Shown here: piece after piece, positions 1 through 8,904 of the stretch
Numbering within the stretch: the stretch's first letter is position 1
Layout of the letters: every line of letters starts with the position of its first letter
Assembly (NCBI GenBank): GCA_964508605.1
Contig: CAZDUI010000005.1
Coordinates: forward strand, 49,254 to 113,253
DNA from: an uncultured Weeksellaceae bacterium
GTDB taxonomy: Bacteria > Bacteroidota > Bacteroidia > Flavobacteriales_D > CAZDUI01
Direction: 5' to 3'
Length of the DNA: 64,000 bases
The notes under the pieces: model-generated
The model's input: only the letters and a program-made list of their open reading frames with translations
Told to the model about the DNA's origin: nothing
The model's database searches: none
Made by a program: the position numbers and the translations under genes

Positions 1-12
1 CTAATTTTTATA

Positions 13-804
13 ATGTTGCTGCATTCGGTTCGCTGCAATGCCTATCCCGGAGGGGAAACCTTTAAAAAGGCAAAAGTTCTTTACGAACAAGATGACTTCA
101 ACGCTGCAATTCATCTTTACAAACAGTGCATCATAGAAAATCCTGAAGTATATAATTCAAAAGGAAATTATATGATTGCCTTATGCTACAAAAAAATGGA
201 CCGTTGCAGTGAATCTATCCGATTTTTTAAAAGAGCCTGGCTAGCCGACAGCACAACCGGTGGCGCAAGCAGTCCTGAAAAATTCAAAGAACAACTGGAG
301 GCATGTCATATCACAAAACAAAAACTTCTGGCATTTGACGAGAACAGCCCTGAAGTAGAAACTGTTACAGAAACCGAGTTGAACAATCGTGTTACGCCCC
401 CCGAATACAACGAGCAGACAGTATCAAAAGACTACAATGATGAATCTACTGAAGAAAATAGTAACTATACGTGGCTTTGGTTAACCGGTGGCGCATTTTT
501 TATTCTGGTAATAATATATTATGTTGTAAAGAGGAACAAAGCACGCAGGGAAGTTCAGGAAACGGAAGAAACAACAAACTACAGGAAAAACGAATTATTA
601 TTCAGGTGTAGTGATATACTGTTTTCTGATGCCTATTGGACACCTCTTTACGATAGATTCGGGCAGGAAATAGTTGAAAGAAAACGACAAGAATGGACGG
701 AAGAGTACTCCAGACAATCTGAAAACCCGAATCAGATAGCCATAGAAAGTCTAACCAGCGATTTGGAGGATTTTGTGAAGAATCCTGAAAATCATTTATT
801 TTAA
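13..804 (+). CDS. TPR-module membrane protein (probably 5'-truncated by the window edge)
   Basis: The frame is open to base 1 (LIFIMLLH...). TPR-like helices (AKVLYEQDDFNAAIHLY; YMIALCYKKMDRCSESIRFFKRAW) are followed by an acidic linker, one TM helix (WLWLTGGAFFILVIIYYVV) and a basic stop-transfer segment. Confidence 0.75.
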   Translation: MLLHSVRCNAYPGGETFKKAKVLYEQDDFNAAIHLYKQCIIENPEVYNSKGNYMIALCYKKMDRCSESIRFFKRAWLADSTTGGASSPEKFKEQLEACHITKQKLLAFDENSPEVETVTETELNNRVTPPEYNEQTVSKDYNDESTEENSNYTWLWLTGGAFFILVIIYYVVKRNKARREVQETEETTNYRKNELLFRCSDILFSDAYWTPLYDRFGQEIVERKRQEWTEEYSRQSENPNQIAIESLTSDLEDFVKNPENHLF

Positions 805-809
805 TCGAT

Positions 810-2816
810 ATGAATACAATGTACATTATCGGTTTTTTAGTCCCTGTTATATTAGGTCTCTTTCTGGATATCCGGAAATGGCGCAAGATGCTAATACAAG
901 CGCTAAATCCTCAGGATTTTGATCTTAATGGAAAAATCAGTTATCAATTCACAGGGATTTACAGAGAATATAAAAAAAGCCAATTGTATTTAAATTATTA
1001 TAATACAACATTACCGCGTCAACCAAAAATTTCTCAGGAAAAGGCAATAAAAAGAAGAGCGGGAATACTTTCACTTTATAACTACTACCTGGCAGAATCG
1101 TGGACCCACGGACATACTAAAAATATTTACACAGCCGAACTGGGTAAATTTTCTAATAAAATATCTAAGGGTAATTATCGTAAAATTTATTACGGTATAT
1201 TACTTTTTTTAATAGGATTTACATTGTCCATGCAATTAATAGCGCAAAGTAATCTGCAAAAGGATAGTTATTATTTAAAAGCTGAATTATCATATTCCAA
1301 TAAAAAATATGATGAAGCAATTAAAAATTTTAAATTGGCAAAAGCTGTAAATGATAAAGATTCGTGTACGATACATTATAAAATAGCACTGTGTTTTAAT
1401 AAAATTCAAAAATGTGATTCAGCCCTGGTGTACTACAAAAGAGCATGGCAGCTTAATTCAGATAACGGAGGGGCTTCATCGCGCCAGAAATTCATTGATA
1501 AACTGGGGGAATGCGGTTATACTTTGAACGATTTAACCGGCAAAACTGAGGACATTAAAGATGTAGCAAGCGAAAACTACTACAAGTTAAAGATGAAAGA
1601 AGCCGATAATTATTACCGAAATGGAAATTATCATGAAGCTTTATCATTACTTGAAGAAATTGAAATATCAGGCACTCTGGATTACTCAGCCGTTTTCAAT
1701 TATAAAATGGCAATAACACTGGGTAAGCTGAATGACTGTTATGAAGCGAATATCTATTTTGAAAGAGCCCTATCTCTTGATCCTGACAAGGGAGGTGCTT
1801 CAACGCGCGAAAAATTCGATAAAGCCAGCGGAAAATGCGGATTTCAACAAAGCGGAACAGGCACAGACAACTCGCAATATGAAAGCGACGACGATTCTCC
1901 TGAATTCGGAATGGTCTTATTATCAATATTCTTAGGACTTATTGCACGCTTCATTTTATATTTTGTACTTGATTCACTGAAAAAAAGAAACGTAAGAGCA
2001 GTGGGTTCTAAATTTGCCGAACCTGTATACCGCGAAGCAGCTAACACAGAATTTTGGGCAGGATTATCCCGCAAAGGCTTCAGTGCCGATCAAATTGCTG
2101 ATATTAAAAACATGGTCAGGAATATTTCAAGACGACCCGAGATAAACCATACCACCAACGAAGGAATTGCCTTTGCCAAATTACTGAATCACTTTATACA
2201 AAACCCGGAGAATTATTTACCGGGTGATCCAAGATTCAATTATTTATGTTTACATGGATTTTACAATTATTTTAAGTCGGGATTTTACTGTTTTTTTACC
2301 TCAGAGATTATTGAAGACCGGAAAGCCATGGTGGTTAAAATTAAATACAATCATCACGAACCGGTTTTGGTGTGGGTATGTCCTTCAATTATGAAGCGAA
2401 TTAACAATAAAGCGCCATTAAAAGTAAGGGTACACATGGTAAACGAAGTATATACACATTGGAGCAACGACACCAAATATCACAATCCATGGTCGGATGT
2501 AGATAATCACGGTGTAATTTCAAAATCTGACTGGCAGGGTGAATTTAAAACCATTGACATTGAAAAATACCACGAACTTTTCACCAATTTTCCTGCAAGA
2601 TACCGAAGGCCGCATCCGGATTCCTTTGTTAATATGGAACTAGCCTATACAGAATTAAATACTAATACAATACATAAAACCGGAAAAAAATCGGATACAA
2701 ATAGCACTCTGCGGCAGGGTATTCAAAACGATTCCGATTCTGCAGCCGGAGATTTATTAATGGCTTCGGCCATAGGACACGAAATAAGTCATGACCGGAT
2801 TGCAGACATCTCCTGA
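810..2816 (+). CDS. Three-TM membrane protein with two TPR modules and an uncharacterised C-terminal domain
   Basis: Hydrophobic segments near aa 4-20, 127-145 and 366-388. Two TPR-like modules are homologous to the one in the upstream ORF. Confidence 0.75.
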   Translation: MNTMYIIGFLVPVILGLFLDIRKWRKMLIQALNPQDFDLNGKISYQFTGIYREYKKSQLYLNYYNTTLPRQPKISQEKAIKRRAGILSLYNYYLAESWTHGHTKNIYTAELGKFSNKISKGNYRKIYYGILLFLIGFTLSMQLIAQSNLQKDSYYLKAELSYSNKKYDEAIKNFKLAKAVNDKDSCTIHYKIALCFNKIQKCDSALVYYKRAWQLNSDNGGASSRQKFIDKLGECGYTLNDLTGKTEDIKDVASENYYKLKMKEADNYYRNGNYHEALSLLEEIEISGTLDYSAVFNYKMAITLGKLNDCYEANIYFERALSLDPDKGGASTREKFDKASGKCGFQQSGTGTDNSQYESDDDSPEFGMVLLSIFLGLIARFILYFVLDSLKKRNVRAVGSKFAEPVYREAANTEFWAGLSRKGFSADQIADIKNMVRNISRRPEINHTTNEGIAFAKLLNHFIQNPENYLPGDPRFNYLCLHGFYNYFKSGFYCFFTSEIIEDRKAMVVKIKYNHHEPVLVWVCPSIMKRINNKAPLKVRVHMVNEVYTHWSNDTKYHNPWSDVDNHGVISKSDWQGEFKTIDIEKYHELFTNFPARYRRPHPDSFVNMELAYTELNTNTIHKTGKKSDTNSTLRQGIQNDSDSAAGDLLMASAIGHEISHDRIADIS

Positions 2817-3963
2817 TAAGCTACGCATAATGTGTTATGCCATGAACGGTCTTGGGTTGGGGCATCTAACCCGATTGCTGGCCATTGCAATTCAGCTAAA
2901 AAGAATAAATCCCAATTGTGAAATATTATTTGTTACTACATCAGAGGCCGACAACGTTTTGAACCGATATGGTATCCCGTATGTCCATCTTCCCAGCAAA
3001 AAACTGGCAGGTACCGGAACCATCGGAGCAAAAAAACTGGCACGTATCTATAATGCGCTAATTAATCCGCTACTAGATAACTGGCAACCACACATATTTA
3101 TTACTGACACACAGGTTACCGGCTCATTAAACGACACTTTGCATTACCTAAGATACAGCAATTCCTATAAAGTATTTATACATCGCAGCCGAAAACCGGA
3201 ATCTTATACCCAGGCACAAATTCAAAGCCAGCGGTTTTACCATCTTATTATTGCACCTCATTACCCTCATCAATTTCTGGTTCCCGAGCCATTTGGATTC
3301 GAAGTTCCTGTTTTCTGGAGTGGACCCGTCTTATTAAAAAGCAAAGAGGAAACGCCTTCGCGGGATTCCATAAGACGAGAATTGAAGGTACAGCACCATG
3401 AAATTCTAATCTTTCTCTCGTTGGGAGGAGGAGGAGATGATTCTGACCCTGAAATTTTTGAAAAAGTACTTCCGGTTCTTAACCGATTTCAAAACATAAA
3501 AATATTGCTGGCAAGAGGGCTACTCTCTACATATTCTCTTACCGAGACTACTAACAACCTGATTGTAACCAGTATTTTTCCGGTATCGGATAGTTTTGCT
3601 GCGGTAGATATTGCCATTTCGGCTGCCGGATACAATACCTTTCATGAACTGATGCATCATGGGGTACCTACTATTTTCATTCCACGGGAAAGGGGCTGGG
3701 ATGACCAATATGAGCGCGCCAAACAAGCTGAAGTAAAAGATGCCTGTATGATTTGCCCTGCTGCCGACATTGAAATAAAACTAAACTTACTATTTGAAGA
3801 ACTGATGAATCCTCAGAAAAGAGATGCATTCCGTCTCAAAGCCTCAAGCTTAGTTCCTGAGAATAACGCAGAAAAGGTAGCCGCCGAAATTCTATCCTCA
3901 TACTCCCGCCGAATACAGGATTACAACTATAATAATGGAACAGAGACTTCTGAATTACCATAA
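2791..3963 (+). CDS. GT-B fold glycosyltransferase (MurG/GT28-like, COG4671-type)
   Basis: N-terminal YAMNGLGLGHLTR motif, central SLGGGG loop, C-terminal AISAAGYNTFHE and PTIFIP...DDQYERA nucleotide-sugar-binding signature. Confidence 0.85.
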   Translation: MTGLQTSPDKLRIMCYAMNGLGLGHLTRLLAIAIQLKRINPNCEILFVTTSEADNVLNRYGIPYVHLPSKKLAGTGTIGAKKLARIYNALINPLLDNWQPHIFITDTQVTGSLNDTLHYLRYSNSYKVFIHRSRKPESYTQAQIQSQRFYHLIIAPHYPHQFLVPEPFGFEVPVFWSGPVLLKSKEETPSRDSIRRELKVQHHEILIFLSLGGGGDDSDPEIFEKVLPVLNRFQNIKILLARGLLSTYSLTETTNNLIVTSIFPVSDSFAAVDIAISAAGYNTFHELMHHGVPTIFIPRERGWDDQYERAKQAEVKDACMICPAADIEIKLNLLFEELMNPQKRDAFRLKASSLVPENNAEKVAAEILSSYSRRIQDYNYNNGTETSELP

Positions 3964-4963
3964 TAATGAAGTTCCTGTACTGGGGCCGGAATCGATTGGA
4001 ATCGTTCCAATAAATGCATGCAATTTAAATTGTATTTCCTGTTGGACGTATTCGGCATTGAATCCTAAAAAACCTGATTTATCATGGCAAAGGCAAATTC
4101 TGCCTTTTGATATTATGAGCAGGACACTGAAAGAGCTACATGAATTAGGTACCAAAAGGATTATTTTAACCGGAGGAGGCGACCCACTGGTATATCCGCA
4201 TTTTAAAGAATCCATTGAACTTATTGCTTCATTAAAATTAAAAAGTACTTTAATATCCAACCTGACACTAGTAAAACACAAGCAACATTTTCTTGAACAC
4301 TTGCCCGACACAATTCTCGCAAATTTTTCGGCTGCCGATGCTGAAAGTTATGTAGCCTTTCATCCCAATCGGAATAACTCCGATTTTGATAAATTGCTCT
4401 CACTGCTGGAAAGTATCTCTGCAAGGAAATGTAATTTAAAACTGGTTTTTGTAGTATGTAGTTTGAATTATCATCTTATAGATAAGGTAGTTCATATTGC
4501 TGCAGCCCTGAAGGCTGCTATCCAGTTTAAGCTAATGAGCCCGTCGGAATTTAACACCGAGTTAATTTTGAGTCCACAACAAAAACTATATCTGTATTCA
4601 CAATGCGATTCTTTGCTATTACTTGCCCAACAGTTAGAGGTTTCAGTGAACATTACTACTTTAAAACATCAGTTATCCGGAGAACGATTGCATGATTTTC
4701 CTATTGATAAAACAGGTTGTTTTGCAGGCTATTATTACAGCAGAATAAAAGCCGACGGAAGTGTCTGGTTTTGTTGCAACCCTTATTCCGAGCTAAAAAG
4801 AGGTTCGTTACATCAGCAAACTTTCAGTGAAATATGGAATAGTAAACATTACCAGAATATTAGAACACAAATGTATAACAGACAATTTGTTCAGGGTTGC
4901 AATACATGCGGTAAATTTCAGTTGAATGTTTCAAAATCAGAGTTATATAAAAATCAGATATGA
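3935..4963 (+). CDS. Radical SAM enzyme with C-terminal SPASM/twitch domain
   Basis: CNLNCISC (CxxxCxxC) motif and TGGGDPL SAM-binding motif. C-terminal CFAGYYYSRIKADGSVWFCC...GSL...FSEIWNS...CNTC. Confidence 0.9.
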   Translation: MEQRLLNYHNNEVPVLGPESIGIVPINACNLNCISCWTYSALNPKKPDLSWQRQILPFDIMSRTLKELHELGTKRIILTGGGDPLVYPHFKESIELIASLKLKSTLISNLTLVKHKQHFLEHLPDTILANFSAADAESYVAFHPNRNNSDFDKLLSLLESISARKCNLKLVFVVCSLNYHLIDKVVHIAAALKAAIQFKLMSPSEFNTELILSPQQKLYLYSQCDSLLLLAQQLEVSVNITTLKHQLSGERLHDFPIDKTGCFAGYYYSRIKADGSVWFCCNPYSELKRGSLHQQTFSEIWNSKHYQNIRTQMYNRQFVQGCNTCGKFQLNVSKSELYKNQI

Positions 4964-5049
4964 TGACTCACTTTCTTTGCATACAATTTCATTCATAATT
5001 TTTTAATAATAAAATATAAAATTTAATGTGAATCATCATTTTTACTAAT

Positions 5050-5057
5050 TAATTTCG
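5050..5057 (+). promoter_or_regulatory. Bacteroidota -7 element variant (TAATTTCG)
   Basis: One mismatch to TAnnTTTG, 26 nt upstream of the ATG at 5084. Confidence 0.45.
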
Positions 5058-5083
5058 CATCATAAAATTTAATAATTATTCAA

Positions 5084-5401
5084 ATGAAAAAAATCGTAAT
5101 TGCATTAACACTGGCTATTAGCTCATCTTTTGTAATGGCTAACTTGAACGTTGACAACGAAACAAAAACTGAAGTAGCCACCGGCGAATCTTTTAAATTG
5201 ATTAACGATACCAAAGCAAAAATTTCAATTCATACAGGTACCGGTTTTGTTTCATTGGAAAAGGGAAGTTCTACTTCAATTGGATGTAATGTCGGTAAAG
5301 AAGTTCGTTTTGCAGACAGCGGTAAAAAAGGTGATGTTATTTTCGAAATTGAGGAAAGCATGTGTGGTAAAACCATTAAACTATCAGAATACATTAAGTA
5401 A
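5084..5401 (+). CDS. Small secreted hypothetical protein with two Cys
   Basis: Sec signal peptide MKKIVIALTLAISSSFVMA. Beta-rich mature part, flanked by its own promoter-like element and terminator. Confidence 0.8.
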   Translation: MKKIVIALTLAISSSFVMANLNVDNETKTEVATGESFKLINDTKAKISIHTGTGFVSLEKGSSTSIGCNVGKEVRFADSGKKGDVIFEIEESMCGKTIKLSEYIK

Positions 5402-5419
5402 TCTGCAAGATCTATAATG

Positions 5420-5453
5420 AAAAGGGAGTCTTTAGGGACTCCTTTTTTTTTCT
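5420..5453 (+). terminator. Rho-independent terminator
   Basis: AAAAGGGAGTC-tttagg-GACTCCTTTT hairpin followed by a T run, 19 nt after the stop at 5401. Confidence 0.8.
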
Positions 5454-5530
5454 TTAACGATTATTGAAGTTGCTTAAGGGACATACCCATTGATAATTAT
5501 TACATTCGTAACTTATTTATCATTTTCAAG

Positions 5531-8500
5531 TTGATCTGCATGAAAACATCATTCGTATTAATTCTATGGTTTCTATCGGTTTATACTATAACAGCGCAAA
5601 AAAATGAACCCCCATATTCAATACAAAGCTCACAGTTAAGTGGATTAAAATGGCGTTCTATTGGTCCGGCGGTTGCATCGGGCAGAATTGCTGATATTGC
5701 AGTGAACGATAAAAAGCCCGGAGAATATTTTCTGGCCATCGCATCGGGCGGAATTTTCAGAACCCGCAACTGGGGGATAACTTATGAGCCTGTTTTTGAC
5801 AATTATGGGTCGTACAGTACCGGGTGCATTACTATCAGTCCGCACAATCCTAATGAGGTATGGCTTGGAACCGGTGAAAACAATAACCAGCGCAGTGTAG
5901 CATACGGCGACGGAGTTTACAGGAGTTTGGATGGAGGAGATTCATGGAGTAATATGGGGCTTAAAGAAAGCGAACATATCCATAAAATAATCATTCACCC
6001 AGATTCTTCTGAGGTTATCTATGTTGCTTCCTGTGGACCATTATGGAAAGATGGCGGCGAGCGCGGGGTGTACAAATCCAAAGACGGAGGTAAAACCTGG
6101 AAGCGAATCCTTCATATTTCCGACAAAACAGGTGTTACAGATCTGATAATGGATCTTACCAATCCAAAAGTTATGTATGCTGCGGCGCATCAGCGCCGAC
6201 GCCACGTATGGACTTATATTGGCGGAGGCCCTGAATCAGGAATTTACAAAACCACAAACGCTGGAATTACTTGGGAAAAAGCAAATAATGGACTTCCTGA
6301 CAGCGACATAGGCAGAATTGGCCTGGCCATTTCTCCGGTAAATCCTGAAACGATTTACGCAATTGTAGAAGCAGCATTAGGAAAAGGTGGATTCTTTAAA
6401 ACCACCAATCGCGCTGCTTCTTGGCAAAAACAAAGCGACTTTAATACCAGTGGAAATTACTACCAAGAAATTATTTGCAGTCCCCACGACGAAAATCTTG
6501 TATTCGCTATGGATACCTGGTTACATCATACTGAAGATGGCGGTAAAACATTTAAAATGACCGGTGAAAAAAGTAAGCATGTGGACAATCACTGTATGTG
6601 GATAGACCCTGCCAATAAAAACCATTGGTTAGTAGGCACCGATGGCGGGCTTTACGAAACCTATGATGCTGCTGAGAACTGGCAATTTAAAACCAATTTG
6701 CCGGTTACACAGTTTTACAAAGTAACCGTTGACGATGCGAAACCATTCTACTATATATACGGAGGAACCCAGGATAACAATAGTTTAGGAGGACCCTCAC
6801 GCAGTATTAATAATGCCGGGGTGCATAATCAAGACTGGTTTATTACCAATGGCGGCGATGGTTTTGAATCGGCAGTTGAACCCGGAAATCCTGATATTGT
6901 ATACGCTCAGGCCCAATATGGCTGGCTGGTGCGTTACGATAAAAAGAGCGGTGAAACTTTACCTATCCAACCACAACCTTCCGGCGATCAGCCTGCCTTT
7001 AGATGGAATTGGGATGCACCTCTTGTAATTAGTCCACACAATCCGCAAAGACTCTATTTCGCCTCACAATTCGTATTTCAAAGTGACGATCGCGGTAGTA
7101 CCTGGAAAACCATTAGTGGAGATTTGTCGAGAGGTATTGACCGTAATAAACTACCAGTAATGGGAAGAGTGTGGAGTGTGGATGCAGTAATGAAAAATCA
7201 AAGTACTTCCATTTATGGCAATATTACCGCACTTGATGAATCACCTAAACTAGAGGGGCTTTTGTACGCCGGAACTGATGACGGCTTGATTCACGTAAGC
7301 GAAAATGGCGGTGAGAAATGGAACAGATTGAATAATTTTGCAGAAGTACCTGAAAACACTTATGTAAATCAAATTGTAGCTTCACAACACGATGCAAATA
7401 CTGTTTTCGCAGTATTCAACAATCATAAAAACGGGGATTTTAAACCATATATTGTTGTAAGCACCAATAAAGGAAAAACCTGGAGGTTAATTTCAGGCGA
7501 TCTTCCATTACGTGGCACGGTGTATTCCATTGCTCAGGACCACCAGAACAAGGATTTACTCTTTTGTGGTACAGAATTCGGTTTCTATTTTACCATTAAC
7601 GGCGGAAAAAACTGGGTGCAGCTTAAATCCGGTATGCCCACTATTGCGATTAAAGACATTGCCATTCAAAGGTCAGAAAATGATATCGTAATCGCATCTT
7701 TCGGTCGTGGTTTTTTTATTCTTGACGACTATTCTCCTTTGAGAAGCCTTTCACCGGAAATTCTGAACAAAGACGCCTACCTGTTCCCTGTAAAAACAGC
7801 TTTGGCTTATATGGAAAGTAGTCCTTTGGGGCTTACCGGCAAGGGACATCAGGGTGAGAGTTTTTATACAGCACCCAACCCTCCCGTTGGTGCAGTTTTT
7901 TCGTTTTACCTGAAAAATGATTTAAAATCTTCAACTCAAACAAGGCATGCAACTGAAAAAGAAGCTGCTGCTGCGGGAAAAGATACTCCATACCCTACCA
8001 TGGAACAACTTAGAAAGGAAGACAATGAAGAATCACCTTTTTTGCTTTTTATAATAAGTGATCAGAATGGCCGGGCTATTAAAAAAATTAAAGCCAATCC
8101 TTCCAAAGGATTACAAAGAATTGTTTGGAATTTTAAAACGCAAACCACAACACCCGTTAAAATAAGTGAGCCGGAACCCGGAAGATACGATTCACCAGAT
8201 GATGGATTTATGGTATTACCTGGGACATATCAGGTAGCGGTTTATAAAATTGAAAATGGAATTTCTTCTTTACTGGTTCCAAATCAAAAATTTGAAGTCC
8301 AATGGTTACAGCAACATACACTTCAAACAAATGACAAACAAGCTTTGGATAATTTTCTTGTAAAATTGAGTGAGTTAAGAAGAAGAGTTTCCGGAGCGGG
8401 AAGTATGTATTACGAAATCAAACAAAGAATTTCACACATCAATGCAGCCATATATAAATACCCTACCCTACCACTGGAACTTAAAAGTAAAATAACGGAA

Positions 8501-8806
8501 ATTACCGATTTACTGAATACTTTCAGCACTGTACTATATGGCGACAGAACACTCAGTAAACGTGAATTTGAAACCCGCGACGGTTTATCCTCCAGAATTG
8601 AGCTCATAGTCTGGACTCAGTTCTCAGGTACATCAGCGCCTACTTCAACAAGCCTGAAGGCATACGAAGAAGTGAATAAAGCATTTGACGAAACCCTGAG
8701 TAAATTACAAAAAGCATTAACCATGACCGAAGACCTTGAAAAAAGACTTGACAGTTACGGAGTTCCTTATACTCCTCAACGTGGAAAAACCTGGAAAAAC
8801 GATTAG
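5531..8806 (+). CDS. BNR/Asp-box repeat beta-propeller protein (VPS10/sortilin-like, often annotated glycosyl hydrolase)
   Basis: Signal peptide, WRSIGP...GRI start, many S/T-x-D-G-G-x-T-W Asp-boxes (SLDGGDSW, SKDGGKTW, TEDGGKTF, SDDRGSTW, TINGGKNW) and a C-terminal coiled coil. Confidence 0.88.
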   Translation: MICMKTSFVLILWFLSVYTITAQKNEPPYSIQSSQLSGLKWRSIGPAVASGRIADIAVNDKKPGEYFLAIASGGIFRTRNWGITYEPVFDNYGSYSTGCITISPHNPNEVWLGTGENNNQRSVAYGDGVYRSLDGGDSWSNMGLKESEHIHKIIIHPDSSEVIYVASCGPLWKDGGERGVYKSKDGGKTWKRILHISDKTGVTDLIMDLTNPKVMYAAAHQRRRHVWTYIGGGPESGIYKTTNAGITWEKANNGLPDSDIGRIGLAISPVNPETIYAIVEAALGKGGFFKTTNRAASWQKQSDFNTSGNYYQEIICSPHDENLVFAMDTWLHHTEDGGKTFKMTGEKSKHVDNHCMWIDPANKNHWLVGTDGGLYETYDAAENWQFKTNLPVTQFYKVTVDDAKPFYYIYGGTQDNNSLGGPSRSINNAGVHNQDWFITNGGDGFESAVEPGNPDIVYAQAQYGWLVRYDKKSGETLPIQPQPSGDQPAFRWNWDAPLVISPHNPQRLYFASQFVFQSDDRGSTWKTISGDLSRGIDRNKLPVMGRVWSVDAVMKNQSTSIYGNITALDESPKLEGLLYAGTDDGLIHVSENGGEKWNRLNNFAEVPENTYVNQIVASQHDANTVFAVFNNHKNGDFKPYIVVSTNKGKTWRLISGDLPLRGTVYSIAQDHQNKDLLFCGTEFGFYFTINGGKNWVQLKSGMPTIAIKDIAIQRSENDIVIASFGRGFFILDDYSPLRSLSPEILNKDAYLFPVKTALAYMESSPLGLTGKGHQGESFYTAPNPPVGAVFSFYLKNDLKSSTQTRHATEKEAAAAGKDTPYPTMEQLRKEDNEESPFLLFIISDQNGRAIKKIKANPSKGLQRIVWNFKTQTTTPVKISEPEPGRYDSPDDGFMVLPGTYQVAVYKIENGISSLLVPNQKFEVQWLQQHTLQTNDKQALDNFLVKLSELRRRVSGAGSMYYEIKQRISHINAAIYKYPTLPLELKSKITEITDLLNTFSTVLYGDRTLSKREFETRDGLSSRIELIVWTQFSGTSAPTSTSLKAYEEVNKAFDETLSKLQKALTMTEDLEKRLDSYGVPYTPQRGKTWKND

Positions 8807-8887
8807 TATCCATAAATCCATGGAGCAAAACCGTAGTACAAAGTAAATAATTCACCGAAGATTAACATAAATTCATCGAATTAGCTG

Positions 8888-8895
8888 TACTTTTG
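8888..8895 (+). promoter_or_regulatory. Bacteroidota -7 promoter element (TACTTTTG) of the putative EPS operon
   Basis: Exact TAnnTTTG match 9 nt upstream of the ATG at 8905. The ORF caller's TTG start at 8893 lies inside it. Confidence 0.65.
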
Positions 8896-8904
8896 CAACC
8901 CCAA

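Noticed and set aside
3935-4963. Radical SAM/SPASM enzyme as a RiPP maturase or viperin-like defence gene
   Set aside because: No short precursor ORF or RRE/PqqD domain is visible, and it lacks viperin-type features. The adjacent 105-aa protein has a Sec signal and its own transcription signals.
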